A stretch of DNA of 64,000 nucleotides from Euryarchaeota archaeon UBA86 (GTDB lineage: Archaea; Thermoplasmatota; Poseidoniia; Poseidoniales; Thalassarchaeaceae). Positions 38,139 to 48,140 of the stretch are shown piece after piece. The DNA is taken from NCBI GenBank assembly GCA_002503055.1, contig DAQX01000008.1, positions 459 through 64,458 on the forward strand. The letters run 5' to 3'. The translations under genes were made by a program, and so were the position numbers. The notes beneath the pieces are model-generated. The model was not told the DNA's origin, made no database searches, and saw only the letters and a list, made by a program, of their open reading frames with translations. Numbering within the stretch: the stretch's first letter is position 1; each line of letters opens with the position of its first letter.

Positions 38139-39242
38139 TTATGGCGGGCTGAGTAATTCTGCTGATATCCCCAAGTCTGCAAGCACTAGCATCGCTACTG
38201 CCTCAGCCACTGGCACAGCCCTTGGCCCGATGACAGGATCATGTCTGCCCCCTACCTTGAGAGGCATCACCTCGTTGCTTGGCAGATGAAGGGTCATCTG
38301 CTCACGGGGTATACTGCTAGGAGGCTTGAAGTGGACGATGATACTGATTGGGGCTCCTGTGGATATTCCTCCGATTGCTCCATCGGCGCTGGCCGATTCA
38401 GATCCTTCCAGTTTGGGCCCATCGGCACCTGGAATCCAGTTGTCATTGTGCTCTGATCCTCTCATCCTAGAAGCTTTAGCTCCGTGAGAGAATTCAACCG
38501 CACGTGCTCCCGGAATTGCCATCAGTCCACGTGCAAGTGCTGGCTCAATTCCGTCGAACCACGGCTCTCCTAGGCCGATTGGAAGTCCTGTAATCAATAT
38601 CTCAACACAAGAGCCGATTGAGTCGGTGTCCATACGAACTGATTCGATAATCTCTGACATATCTCTAGCAGCTTCTGGGTCTCTGCAATTTAGTCGGCCC
38701 ATGTCTGAAGAAGGATCTATCTCAATTTCCCTATTCAACTCAAATAGAGGTCTAGCGACGATTTCTCCAACACTATGCAAGTGGGCATGACAGGACCATC
38801 CAGCATCTTCTATCAGGGATTTGACTTGGCTTCCAGCAGTGACCAATCCATAGGTGAGGCGGGCCGAATGAGATCCTCCGCCGCGGGGGTCGTTTGAGCC
38901 GTTCGAGCGTATTCCCTCGACCATATCGGCATGACCGGGGCGTGGTTGGTTGGGAAGAAATGAGTAATCAGAGGGTTTTGCATCTGAGTTCCGAGTAAGC
39001 ATCAGAATGGGCCATCCAGTGGCTTTTCCCTCATACACCCCAGAGAGCAATTCGCATTGATCGTTTTCCGACCTAGCAGACATGCCCTTTCTGCCGGGGC
39101 GTCTTTTAGCAATAGCATGATTCAGTTCATCCTCATCGATAGGGGTTCCAGCCGGAATTCCCTCTACCAGAGCACCGACACAAGCACCGTGGCTTTCTCC
39201 AAATAATGTGACCTTGAGATTGTCACCTAGTGTCATTCCCAT
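38139..39242 (-). CDS. aroC: Chorismate synthase
   Basis: LKVTLFGESHGACVGALVEGIPAG, RPGHADM, GGRHDPV motifs. Confidence 0.93.
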   Translation of the reverse strand: MGMTLGDNLKVTLFGESHGACVGALVEGIPAGTPIDEDELNHAIAKRRPGRKGMSARSENDQCELLSGVYEGKATGWPILMLTRNSDAKPSDYSFLPNQPRPGHADMVEGIRSNGSNDPRGGGSHSARLTYGLVTAGSQVKSLIEDAGWSCHAHLHSVGEIVARPLFELNREIEIDPSSDMGRLNCRDPEAARDMSEIIESVRMDTDSIGSCVEILITGLPIGLGEPWFDGIEPALARGLMAIPGARAVEFSHGAKASRMRGSEHNDNWIPGADGPKLEGSESASADGAIGGISTGAPISIIVHFKPPSSIPREQMTLHLPSNEVMPLKVGGRHDPVIGPRAVPVAEAVAMLVLADLGISAELLSPP

Positions 39243-40093
39243 CTATCTACCTCTTCCTCCATACCTATAGATCTAGTAAATCGAGTTCTGATTACTTGCT
39301 CGCAAGAGTCTTCTAGAGTTTCAGCAACTCCAACAGTATCAGTATGACAGATTGCAGCAACAGCAGGGCCCGAGCCGCTAATTCCAGCTGCTAGAGCCCC
39401 CCTTACGATTAGAGAATTACAAAGTCTGAGTGACTCATCGTCCTTCATGGAGGCTGAGACTGCCATTCCATTTGTCGAAATAGCAGATAGTATAGAACCG
39501 CCTGAAAGAGAGGCTAATGCTCTCTCAAACAATTTGCTGTGAGAAACAAAGTCGAACGATTCAGTAGACAATACTCTGGGGCCCCTCAGTCCAATTAGTA
39601 CCTCTAGATTCTCTTCAATATCTCCTTCCATCAGGATAGATTCTCTGGATGGAACTGATGGATCTACTAGTTTCCAACCACTAGAGATGGCAGCCCATGC
39701 ATCATCCATACTGCCGGTAATCGTGCATCCTGCTCTTCTCTGTGCCTCAACGGCCATGTCGACTATCTCGAAATCTCCCAACCCTGTCCAAGACGCGTTA
39801 TCTAGTGCCCTGAAGGCTGCACATGCCACTGCTGCACTTGATTTGATTCCCTGTCCTATCGGAATATCGCTGTGTATTTCCCATCCGATATCATCGAATT
39901 GTGGATAGCCCGACTCTGTCCAGACTTGCATGACTGTTTCTAGCAATCCGTGTTCATCACTAGGAAATATTTCTCCTTTGACCAGTTTAACTTCACACTG
40001 TAGTTCAATACCTACTGAGCATCCTTTGCCTAAGCCTGCTGCATGGAGTACGGAAATTCCTCCATTCGCAGTACCAGTCCCCAATACACTCAT
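39233..40093 (-). CDS. aroK: Archaeal-type shikimate kinase (GHMP family)
   Basis: GHMP-like motif PIGQGIKSSAAVACAAFRAL, about 285 aa, located between DHQ synthase II and aroC. Confidence 0.8.
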   Translation of the reverse strand: MSVLGTGTANGGISVLHAAGLGKGCSVGIELQCEVKLVKGEIFPSDEHGLLETVMQVWTESGYPQFDDIGWEIHSDIPIGQGIKSSAAVACAAFRALDNASWTGLGDFEIVDMAVEAQRRAGCTITGSMDDAWAAISSGWKLVDPSVPSRESILMEGDIEENLEVLIGLRGPRVLSTESFDFVSHSKLFERALASLSGGSILSAISTNGMAVSASMKDDESLRLCNSLIVRGALAAGISGSGPAVAAICHTDTVGVAETLEDSCEQVIRTRFTRSIGMEEEVDRWE

Positions 40094-41037
40094 CTCTCAG
40101 CGACCTCCCCCGATACTGCCTGGCCGATATGTCGCATACTTGCCTCATTGAGGACTAAAATCTCAGATCCTTCTTCGATATGAGTGACCGGAACAGTCTC
40201 ACCAGTGGATGAAATTAGGCGAACGGTTTCTGCCTGTTGAAGCATGATTTGGCCTTCATTCATCGATGTCGAAAATCTGAGTACGATAAATGGTCTGCGC
40301 TCTACCTTGAGTCTGCCTATTACTGCCCCTCTGTTTGAGCCATCATTAGACAGGACTGTGACCTCATCGCCGGCTTGGAGTTCACTGAGATATCTTGTGG
40401 AGCCGTCGGCCATCAGGACATAGCCGTGAATGGCCCCTGCGTTGACCCTAAACGGTCGTGATGGCACATACTCAGAGGGGATTGTTTCTCCATGCACTAG
40501 ACATAGTGAACTGGCGGATGATCCTATTGCCAATCCTTCTCCGGGCGAAAGTCGCTCAATCAGGTCAACACATACTCTCTCGCCGATTCCTGCAGGCTCA
40601 ACTGAAAGAATTGAAGCGGTTACAAGACTGGGGCCTATGACTGGTTCAGTGGGTTCATCAATCTCAGTAGTCAAATTCCTTGCTGTTTCCCAAAGCGACT
40701 CGTTACCCTGCTCAGGAGGAAGTAGAACTGCATCTACTCCGTGCTGCAAAGAGAAAACGGCTCCATTGAGATCAATTTCACTTGAAATAGCCGAGGCTAC
40801 TCTTGTTCCACTACCAGAGGCAGTTGCGACAATGTTCTCGAGAGGTATCATCTTCCAATCTGAGCATCTGACCAATATCCAAGATACGGATCCAATCAGT
40901 GATATTGCCTCGTCTTGGCCGCGAAAGTCATCCAAAGCAACCTCGGCGACATCCGGGGCACTTCCAGACCAGAGTCTGCTTACGCCTTCGGGTAGGTCCA
41001 GCGAATCGGCCCCAGATGCATCGAGCCAGATTTCCAT
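40090..41037 (-). CDS. aroB': 3-dehydroquinate synthase II (archaeal, ADH-dependent)
   Basis: Strong similarity from memory to the Methanocaldococcus enzyme: DWKMIPLENIVA, GERVCVD, RPFRVNAGAIHGYV, TRYLSELQAGDEV, IGRLKVERRPF. Confidence 0.9.
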   Translation of the reverse strand: MEIWLDASGADSLDLPEGVSRLWSGSAPDVAEVALDDFRGQDEAISLIGSVSWILVRCSDWKMIPLENIVATASGSGTRVASAISSEIDLNGAVFSLQHGVDAVLLPPEQGNESLWETARNLTTEIDEPTEPVIGPSLVTASILSVEPAGIGERVCVDLIERLSPGEGLAIGSSASSLCLVHGETIPSEYVPSRPFRVNAGAIHGYVLMADGSTRYLSELQAGDEVTVLSNDGSNRGAVIGRLKVERRPFIVLRFSTSMNEGQIMLQQAETVRLISSTGETVPVTHIEEGSEILVLNEASMRHIGQAVSGEVAER

Positions 41038-41837
41038 TACTTGCCCCCAAGTCGCTCTGATGCCTCTGCCGCAGTGACTCCATCATGGATTACCGCTCGA
41101 AGGGCCGAAACACGAGATTTTGGGTCATCACTAGAGAAAACCTGTCTACCCATACAAACTCCTGCTCCTCCGGCAGCGATTGAGTCCTCTACAGTCTGTA
41201 GAATCTCAAGGAATGTACCGCCTGATGGTCCACCTGCAATCAAAACGGGAATTGGGACTGCCTGAGTAACTTCTCTGAATGACTCTATCGAGCCTGTCCA
41301 AGGCACTTTGACAACATCACACCCAAGTTCCCAAGCTATGCGTGCTGCATGGGCTACTCCATTTGTTGGATCTTCATCAGAAATCTTGAGATTTGGACCA
41401 CGCGGATACACCATCCCTAGAACTGGCATTGCGAGAGGAAACGCCTCGGAAGTCAGCCGACCTAGTGATTCAATCATCTCTGTCTCTGCATCATCGCCGA
41501 GATTGACTTGTCCAGAGACTCCCATGGCACCACGCTGCCAACACTCTTCTGCAGTTGCGACATTGATCTTGTGTTGACCTCTGTCTCCACCATGGATAGT
41601 AGATGCTGAAACATGACAAACAAAACCGTGCCACCCAGTAGCATCTGCGTGATAGGTAAGAGGTCCTTTTTGCATCACAATAGCATCGGCGCCGCCTGCA
41701 ATTATGCTCTCAATTAGGGAGTTCATGTTCTGAAGACCTTGCTCAGGATAGTTGGAAGTCCCATGATCCATGGGTATCCAGACCCCCCTCCCTCCGGGCA
41801 GGATTCTAGCCAGTCTGTCTTCCAGAGTATCGGACAT
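41037..41837 (-). CDS. aroA': 2-amino-3,7-dideoxy-D-threo-hept-6-ulosonate synthase (class I aldolase fold)
   Basis: DeoC/LacD-type aldolase features (IPMDHG, GADAIVMQKG, VKVPWTG, AGGAGVCMGRQVF) and a position directly upstream of DHQ synthase II. Confidence 0.8.
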   Translation of the reverse strand: MSDTLEDRLARILPGGRGVWIPMDHGTSNYPEQGLQNMNSLIESIIAGGADAIVMQKGPLTYHADATGWHGFVCHVSASTIHGGDRGQHKINVATAEECWQRGAMGVSGQVNLGDDAETEMIESLGRLTSEAFPLAMPVLGMVYPRGPNLKISDEDPTNGVAHAARIAWELGCDVVKVPWTGSIESFREVTQAVPIPVLIAGGPSGGTFLEILQTVEDSIAAGGAGVCMGRQVFSSDDPKSRVSALRAVIHDGVTAAEASERLGGK

Positions 41838-41916
41838 GCGGTCTCGCGACTACTTCATCACTTGAAAGGTGGTGTATTCAGGCATTTCAGACAAAATCGC
41901 TCCCGTAGGGAGCGGA

Positions 41917-42699
41917 TTACAATTCAAGATCAACAATTAGGGGCGCGTGATCTGACACAACCAAGCCTCCTTCTCTGAGAACTTCGGCTGACTTGAATAG
42001 GGATCTTGCAGCATCATTTGCGAGAACATAATCTATTCTCCAGCCGCGGTCCAACTCTCTGGCCCTACCACGATTAGACCACCATGTGTAGGGTCCTTTC
42101 TGCTGCCCCACGTGAATCCTCAGCAGGTCATGCCAACCGAAGTCGAGAAGCCGGGTGAACCACTCTCTCTCATGGTCGAGGAACCCGGATGTCTTGCGAT
42201 TACCAGATGGATTCCAGATGTCGTCTTCCTGATGGGCAATGTTGAGGTCTCCGCAAAGTAAAGCCGGCTCGTCTGAATCTATGAATTGCTTCGACCAGAC
42301 TAGCATGTCTTCGATCCACCTGTCCTTGTATGTCTGACGCTCAGAGTTGGATGAGCCATTCGGCAGGTACATGTTGACGCAGTGAAGATTGCCGTGCTTG
42401 GTGTGCAATACTCTCCCATCAGGATCACGGATGTCGTCAAGTTCGGTATCTATGCCTCGGCCAATCTCGCTGAGACCTACTCTAGAGCAAGTCATCACAC
42501 CCGAGTAACCCTTCTTCTGAGCTGGGTGCCAGATTACATCGTGCCCTTCTGGGGGTTGCCACTCTTCGGGCATTTGCTCGGGCAGTGCTCTGACTTCTTG
42601 GAACAGCCATACATCTGCGTCGATGCGTTTGGTGAAGTCGCTCAGACCCTTGCGGTGCGCGGCTCTGATGCCGTTGAGGTTCCAAGTTACGACTCTCAC
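41917..42699 (-). CDS. xth: Exodeoxyribonuclease III (AP endonuclease)
   Basis: MRVVTWNLNGIRAA, LFQEV, CGDLNIAH, and a SDHAPL C-terminal motif. Confidence 0.92.
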   Translation of the reverse strand: MRVVTWNLNGIRAAHRKGLSDFTKRIDADVWLFQEVRALPEQMPEEWQPPEGHDVIWHPAQKKGYSGVMTCSRVGLSEIGRGIDTELDDIRDPDGRVLHTKHGNLHCVNMYLPNGSSNSERQTYKDRWIEDMLVWSKQFIDSDEPALLCGDLNIAHQEDDIWNPSGNRKTSGFLDHEREWFTRLLDFGWHDLLRIHVGQQKGPYTWWSNRGRARELDRGWRIDYVLANDAARSLFKSAEVLREGGLVVSDHAPLIVDLEL

Positions 42700-42708
42700 A
42701 GACTAGCG

Positions 42709-45144
42709 CTACTGTGAGAGGTCTTTGACCTTCTCCACTAGGTCCATCTTACTGATTCGCGATGTTCCGATTGGTGTCGAGAGCACGGATATGACCACTA
42801 CGATCAGAATTAGTTGGAGTGTGCTAGCAAAATTCGGCTGTAGGGAGAAGTAGAACGCCCATTGGACGAGTTGCGAAATCAGATACTGTGCCATCACTAT
42901 GGTGAATGCGGCTGAGAGAATTCCTCCAATTAGTCCGATTGCGAAGTGCTCACCTAGGATCATCATCCTGATTCTGGATATCGGAGCGCCTAGTACTCTG
43001 AGGGTCGCCAACTCAGAATCACGCTCGCTGAGATTCATCAGCAGGGTGATTGAGAGTACTGCAACGGCAATGAGAATGCCAAGTCCTAGAATGGCGTTGT
43101 AGATGCCTTGCTGCTGCTCTAGCAAGGATTCGAACGAGTCGATTAAGTCCTGTCTCTGAGTGATTCCGACAGACATCTCCCCTATCTCATCATCCAACTC
43201 AATTCCCTCTGGCAGAGTGAGAAGGACGGAAGTAGCTTCCAATCCGATGGCATCTGACAAATCAGAGCGGTGGAAGTAAATCGTCCGAGAGATCTCTCCA
43301 CTGGTCACTCCGCTTATCTCGACCTCGAGAGAAAATGGGCCGAACATGACGGTCTGTTTCTGACCTACCTCCCATTCGAGGAACAGCATGGTTCCCTCAT
43401 CCACCAGTACATTGGGAGTATCGGCGTCTAGTGTGGGAAGTTGGCCCTCGGACAGATCTATCGGAATCATCGCATCATCCTCAGTGGAGATTACATCTAG
43501 TCCGTAAGCTAGGAACTGTCTAGTGTCGCCCTCTGCATTTCCCGGGAAAACCAGCATAGACTCAAAATCTGCTCCGTTTTCTTCAGCCCACTCTATGACT
43601 TCCCCCTCGCCTCCGAAGGGCACATTCACCTGTGCATCCCAGTTTTGGTTGGCTCCGGTGACTAGATTGTCCATAGAGTCCATCATCATCGACATGGTTC
43701 CGAAGATGAGCATAGACAGACCCACAGCGAAGAAGGTGAATACCAGTCTCATCGGCTTCCTGACGCTTGATCTAACAGTCAGACCGACCGTTGTAGGTAG
43801 GCGCGATGTCAGCCTCTGAATTCCACGCGAAGATAGTCTGACCTCATTTTGTCCCCTCAGTATATCGAGTGGTTGAATCGTTGATGCCTCGTAAGCGGGC
43901 TTAATTCCGGCAATCAGAACTACAACCATAGCGATACCCAGATTCTGCAGAATTAGCGATGGCTCGGTGCTGAAGCCGATTGCTGGAATGCCGATGATTT
44001 CCTCATACATCGCCACCATCGCAGGCCCACCGAAGGCAGCACCTAGGATGATGCCAATCGTAGAGCCGATTAGGCCGATGGCTACAGGTGCGAGGATGAA
44101 TCCAGGCATAATTGCAGATCTAGGAATTCCAAGAGTTCGAAGTATTGCAATTTCTCTGGCTTGAGATTGAATCAGTCTCTGTAGGCTAAGGAAGATTGTG
44201 ATTCCAGCGACCATAGCAATCATTCCCGTAATTACTGGATAACTCAGGCTGGCCCCCTCGGCATCAGCGCGCAGGAATTCGACTGATTGGACTCCGGACC
44301 TATCGTAAGCAGTAAATGAAGAGTCGTCGGCATCCATCACCGTCTGTCTGACATAAGAGATGGCTTGGCTCAGACTCTCGCCTTCAACCTCCTCTGTAGA
44401 CTGAAGGTCAAACTCAGGTGTACCTTCGACATCTAGGAGCAATAGATTGGCAGAACCCGCACTCAGGTTGGCTAGACGCTCAATTCCCGAATCGGACAAG
44501 TAACCGGTAGCAAAGGTACCTGGCTCGGCAGGAAGGATGGAGCCTTCCAAAGCATAGTAGAGGTGATATGGGTGGTAACCGATTCCTACTACCGTGAAGT
44601 CCATGCTGCCATGGCCTGCGCCAATGGAGACTATGTCTCCAACTTCGATACCCATCCCAGACGCCGCATGCTCGTCGAGAACTAACTCATCATCTGCCGC
44701 TGCTAATCTGCCAGAACAGCATTCGTGTTCAGGCATCCAGACCTTGTCTATCCTGCCCTCATCGATACCATGCCAAACAGCAGGAACAAGTTTCTCATCA
44801 CCTTCTTCGGAATGAAACATCAGGCCATCCACTACCACTCTTGGCTCACATGAAACCAGAGGTAAATCAGGGTCGGGCCAGTTCTGCGCTATCTCGGAGC
44901 AAAGTGAGTTGGCGATTTCCCCGTCCCAAGTTGAAGCTGTGTTCTCGACCCAGACATCTGCAAGGTTGGTGCCCTCCTCATCATCAGAGTAGATGTTGTC
45001 GTACAGATTGTGGACTGAGTTAGCGTACGTTCCAAACGAGATTCCTGCAAACAAACCGACGGCAACCATGCTGACCACCGCGAATAGCATCAGCCTCCTC
45101 TTCATCAGGCTCCTTGCGAGGCGTTTGGTCAGTAGACTGGACAC
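42709..45144 (-). CDS. ABC transporter permease, MacB/FtsX-type with two FtsX domains and large extracytoplasmic loops
   Basis: 811 aa with two 4-TM FtsX-like modules (REIAILRTLG and ELATLRVLG signatures). It lies directly downstream of an ABC ATPase gene. Confidence 0.8.
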   Translation of the reverse strand: MSSLLTKRLARSLMKRRLMLFAVVSMVAVGLFAGISFGTYANSVHNLYDNIYSDDEEGTNLADVWVENTASTWDGEIANSLCSEIAQNWPDPDLPLVSCEPRVVVDGLMFHSEEGDEKLVPAVWHGIDEGRIDKVWMPEHECCSGRLAAADDELVLDEHAASGMGIEVGDIVSIGAGHGSMDFTVVGIGYHPYHLYYALEGSILPAEPGTFATGYLSDSGIERLANLSAGSANLLLLDVEGTPEFDLQSTEEVEGESLSQAISYVRQTVMDADDSSFTAYDRSGVQSVEFLRADAEGASLSYPVITGMIAMVAGITIFLSLQRLIQSQAREIAILRTLGIPRSAIMPGFILAPVAIGLIGSTIGIILGAAFGGPAMVAMYEEIIGIPAIGFSTEPSLILQNLGIAMVVVLIAGIKPAYEASTIQPLDILRGQNEVRLSSRGIQRLTSRLPTTVGLTVRSSVRKPMRLVFTFFAVGLSMLIFGTMSMMMDSMDNLVTGANQNWDAQVNVPFGGEGEVIEWAEENGADFESMLVFPGNAEGDTRQFLAYGLDVISTEDDAMIPIDLSEGQLPTLDADTPNVLVDEGTMLFLEWEVGQKQTVMFGPFSLEVEISGVTSGEISRTIYFHRSDLSDAIGLEATSVLLTLPEGIELDDEIGEMSVGITQRQDLIDSFESLLEQQQGIYNAILGLGILIAVAVLSITLLMNLSERDSELATLRVLGAPISRIRMMILGEHFAIGLIGGILSAAFTIVMAQYLISQLVQWAFYFSLQPNFASTLQLILIVVVISVLSTPIGTSRISKMDLVEKVKDLSQ

Positions 45145-45153
45145 TCAATCACC

Positions 45154-45972
45154 TCATCCAATGCGGTCATCTGAGAGAATTTTGCCGCTATCGAGTCTGA
45201 CTGCTCTTGTTGAGTACTCGACAAGAGACTCGTCGTGAGTCACGAAGACGCAGGTAATACCCTCGGCCTGGCAAGCCTTCACCAAGACTTCCATGACCAT
45301 GCCCGAGGTCTTGGAATCTAAATTTCCAGTCAGTTCGTCTCCGAGGAGTAGGCGTGGCTTCTTAGCCAGGCTCCTCGCAATCGCGACTCTCTGCTGTTGC
45401 CCGCCGCTAATCTCAGCGGGAAATCTGTCAACTTCCTCGCTCAGCCCAACTAGGTCGAGCAGGTGACGTGCACGGGCCTCATCACGGCCTCCTGCCAACT
45501 CCTGAATCAGAGTGATGTTCTCAAGCACTGTGAGATCCTGTAGGAGATTGAAAAATTGGAAGACATATCCAATATTTTCTCTCCTGAATGAAGTGGCTTC
45601 CTCACTAGCCTTTGCCATAGGTCGAGAGTAAGAGAAGTAATGCAAGGGATAGAGTAGGAGACGTAAGAGGGGTCGCAAGGGATCGAACCAAGCAGTGCGA
45701 CTCTCGGTAGTGATTCGATTCCACCACCTAAGTGGGATTTCAGGGGCCCTAGGTACTTCCCCACCTGCAAACCTGTACGTACCAGCAGTTGGACTGTCCA
45801 GTGCTGAAATGCAGTTCAGCAGGGTCGTCTTCCCGGAGCCTGATGGCCCTAGTAAGATAATCCTCTCACCTTCGCTTATCTCCAAATCGATTCCATCTAG
45901 GGCTCTGACTGTACCTGAGGCCATGTGATAGTGCCTCTCCAGTCCTTTCATACTCACCAGTGGCATAGACAT
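45154..45972 (-). CDS. ABC transporter ATP-binding protein (MacB/LolD-like) with ~50-aa insertion after Walker A
   Basis: Walker A GPSGSGKTT, Q-loop IGYVFQFFNLL, signature ISGGQQQRVAIAR, Walker B LLLGDE. An unusual W/L/P/R-rich insert lies between Walker A and the Q-loop. Confidence 0.9.
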   Translation of the reverse strand: MSMPLVSMKGLERHYHMASGTVRALDGIDLEISEGERIILLGPSGSGKTTLLNCISALDSPTAGTYRFAGGEVPRAPEIPLRWWNRITTESRTAWFDPLRPLLRLLLYPLHYFSYSRPMAKASEEATSFRRENIGYVFQFFNLLQDLTVLENITLIQELAGGRDEARARHLLDLVGLSEEVDRFPAEISGGQQQRVAIARSLAKKPRLLLGDELTGNLDSKTSGMVMEVLVKACQAEGITCVFVTHDESLVEYSTRAVRLDSGKILSDDRIG

Positions 45973-46015
45973 TCGAACTACTCCGTAGTTTGTGCAAGCA
46001 GAACCAACTAATCAA

Positions 46016-48094
46016 CTACTCGGATGTGCCCGAAAAGAATGCCATCGAGTCTCTAAACAACTCTTCTCGGCGCCTGATTCTGTTATCTCTAATCTTCAAC
46101 CAGGTGAAGGCGATTGCGATAAGAAGAATGACTGGAATAATTGCTTCAGCATGATATCTCTCCATGAATTCGATAATTCCTCTCGCAGTATATGCCCAAG
46201 TTAGAGAAGCTGCAGACCCTCCAATTAAGCAGGCTGCGAGTACCCTCTCGAATGGCATTCTAGCTACTAGTCCAAGCATTGCTCCAACAAGGACTCCACT
46301 AGCCATGAAAGGAATCCAGACGAATACAATCAAGCCCCAATAACCATATTTGTCAATGCGATCTTGATTTTTGTGAGCAACATACTCCACGGAGGACAGG
46401 ATATCTCCCATGAATGGATTCTGAAGTAGAGCACCGGCAATTCCTCCACGCTTGGCTACCATGGCCTCTCCGGTGAAATCTTTGATGCCCTGCTCAACCC
46501 TACCGGCCTCTGCCCTGTCTGCTAAAGTTAACTTCTCGTTTCGTGCACTCACTACTAGAGAACGGTCGCTGAGGTGTTGGGCTAGTTCGGTCCTGAGATG
46601 CCCCTCCAAGTCATCTTGCAGATCTTTGTATGTGGGCTTGAATAGGAAATAAGCAAAACGCTGTACGGGGCGATAGATTACTCTGATGAAGACTGCTTCC
46701 TCATCGGCCATTACTGCGGAGCCGAAGTCTACTAAATCGTGCTTACGGAACCAGCGAGCGAGGCTCTCGTGCGCGGCGGTATCAAGACGTCCAAAGGCAC
46801 CGATACCAGAGAAGAAGGGGCCATAATCCTCGGCGAGAGGGGCGGAAGAAGAGTCACTGTAGAAGAGCTCGGGACCAAGTGAAGTTAGGTCCGGCGAGGT
46901 GGTTGAGTCTGTGCAGACGACTTTGAGTTGCAGTGGTCGCATCTCGCCGAAGACGGCAAACTCTTCGAGAAGTTCCTTGGTTATCTCGGCGCGTACATCA
47001 ATCGGTGAGGCTATGGTCTTTCCAGTAGTCGTGTATGGGACAATAACATCGATTGAAATTGGTCTATCCTGCAACCTCATTTGTTCAAAGTCAACTTTGC
47101 ATCGCAATTCTTTCTGGACTGAAGCAATGGTACGCTCAATCAGCCTCTTAGTCTGAGCCTTGCTCAGAAGATCTTCTACATCCCTGTGATACAATCTGTG
47201 CATAAGTGGATATTGCACGCAAAGGAAGAAAATCGACATACCTAGCGATACAAGGGCCAACCACCAAGCAGGAGCTCCTTCATCCGAGCCGAAGAGCATT
47301 GCAGTCTCACGGCCTCCGACCCATTCGGCGCCCATTAGGAGCCATCCCATGGTGCCAAAATCCTGTATTGACAGGCAAGTTCTAGGCTCATCATCCGTGA
47401 CTACTACTTCAACGGATTCTTCACTGCTGAACAGGCCTCCTTTCTTGACTGTCTTGACCTCAACAGGGAGTTGTTTCGAATTTAGGCTGGTCAAAGACTC
47501 TGAAACCAATAGAAATGAGCTCTCATTGTCAATGTGTTCAAACGAATCCTCAGATTCTGAGAAAAACAGTGTTGCAGACATTAGGTAGTTCCCTTCAGAA
47601 ATGGAATCACCGATTTCTATCTCTGAGCGTATATCTTCTATTCCACCTTGATATGAAGAAATCAATGGATCGGAGTCCTCATCAAGAGTCAGAAGAACAA
47701 CTAAAATTGTTGCAGATGAAGGAGCATTGTTCGATTTGACAACGAGATTATCGTGGTCGCCATATGCTCTAATCCAAACCTCTCCCTTCTGATCTTGGCA
47801 CTCTCCTCCAGGATCGATGGGAGTTTTGGAGAGTGTTTGGTCCAGTACTATTGAATCGGCAGCAATTATTCCCGAAGACAATACCATCATGCCTCCGAAG
47901 AATACTATTCCCGAGATTACTCCGACAACTAAAGTCCAGTCATCGAAAGTTCCTCTGAAGAATCTCCTCTGACCAGTTCTACGCTGGCGTATTCGATCCA
48001 ACTCCCTATCGAGGGGGTCTTCTTCGACTTCTACCTCAGCGGCTTCTGCAACTTGCTCTGGCGTCACGGTATAGCCACGCAGAAGGAGACTCAT
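46016..48094 (-). CDS. Hypothetical large membrane protein; C-terminal region resembles the small multidrug-export (COG2426/PF06695-like) membrane domain
   Basis: 692 aa. TM helix near residue 55, a large middle region, and C-terminal helices (WGLIVFVWIPFMASGVLVGAMLGLVA...). The family resemblance is tentative. Confidence 0.5.
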   Translation of the reverse strand: MSLLLRGYTVTPEQVAEAAEVEVEEDPLDRELDRIRQRRTGQRRFFRGTFDDWTLVVGVISGIVFFGGMMVLSSGIIAADSIVLDQTLSKTPIDPGGECQDQKGEVWIRAYGDHDNLVVKSNNAPSSATILVVLLTLDEDSDPLISSYQGGIEDIRSEIEIGDSISEGNYLMSATLFFSESEDSFEHIDNESSFLLVSESLTSLNSKQLPVEVKTVKKGGLFSSEESVEVVVTDDEPRTCLSIQDFGTMGWLLMGAEWVGGRETAMLFGSDEGAPAWWLALVSLGMSIFFLCVQYPLMHRLYHRDVEDLLSKAQTKRLIERTIASVQKELRCKVDFEQMRLQDRPISIDVIVPYTTTGKTIASPIDVRAEITKELLEEFAVFGEMRPLQLKVVCTDSTTSPDLTSLGPELFYSDSSSAPLAEDYGPFFSGIGAFGRLDTAAHESLARWFRKHDLVDFGSAVMADEEAVFIRVIYRPVQRFAYFLFKPTYKDLQDDLEGHLRTELAQHLSDRSLVVSARNEKLTLADRAEAGRVEQGIKDFTGEAMVAKRGGIAGALLQNPFMGDILSSVEYVAHKNQDRIDKYGYWGLIVFVWIPFMASGVLVGAMLGLVARMPFERVLAACLIGGSAASLTWAYTARGIIEFMERYHAEAIIPVILLIAIAFTWLKIRDNRIRRREELFRDSMAFFSGTSE

Positions 48095-48096
48095 AG

Positions 48097-48120
48097 CCCT
48101 GTCCCCTACAGGGGACAGGG
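48097..48120 (-). other. GC-rich hairpin (10-bp perfect stem CCCTGTCCCC/GGGGACAGGG, 4-nt loop) between two co-directional genes
   Basis: Read directly from the sequence. It lies between the stop of 48141..50660 and the ATG (48094) of 46016..48094. Confidence 0.5.
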
Positions 48121-48140
48121 GCTACCGAGTTTTCGTATAT

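Noticed and set aside
40430-41077. 215-aa plus-strand ORF opposite DHQ synthase II
   Set aside because: The minus-strand product aligns closely with archaeal DHQ synthase II. The plus-strand translation is Ser/Pro/Thr-rich and has no motif.
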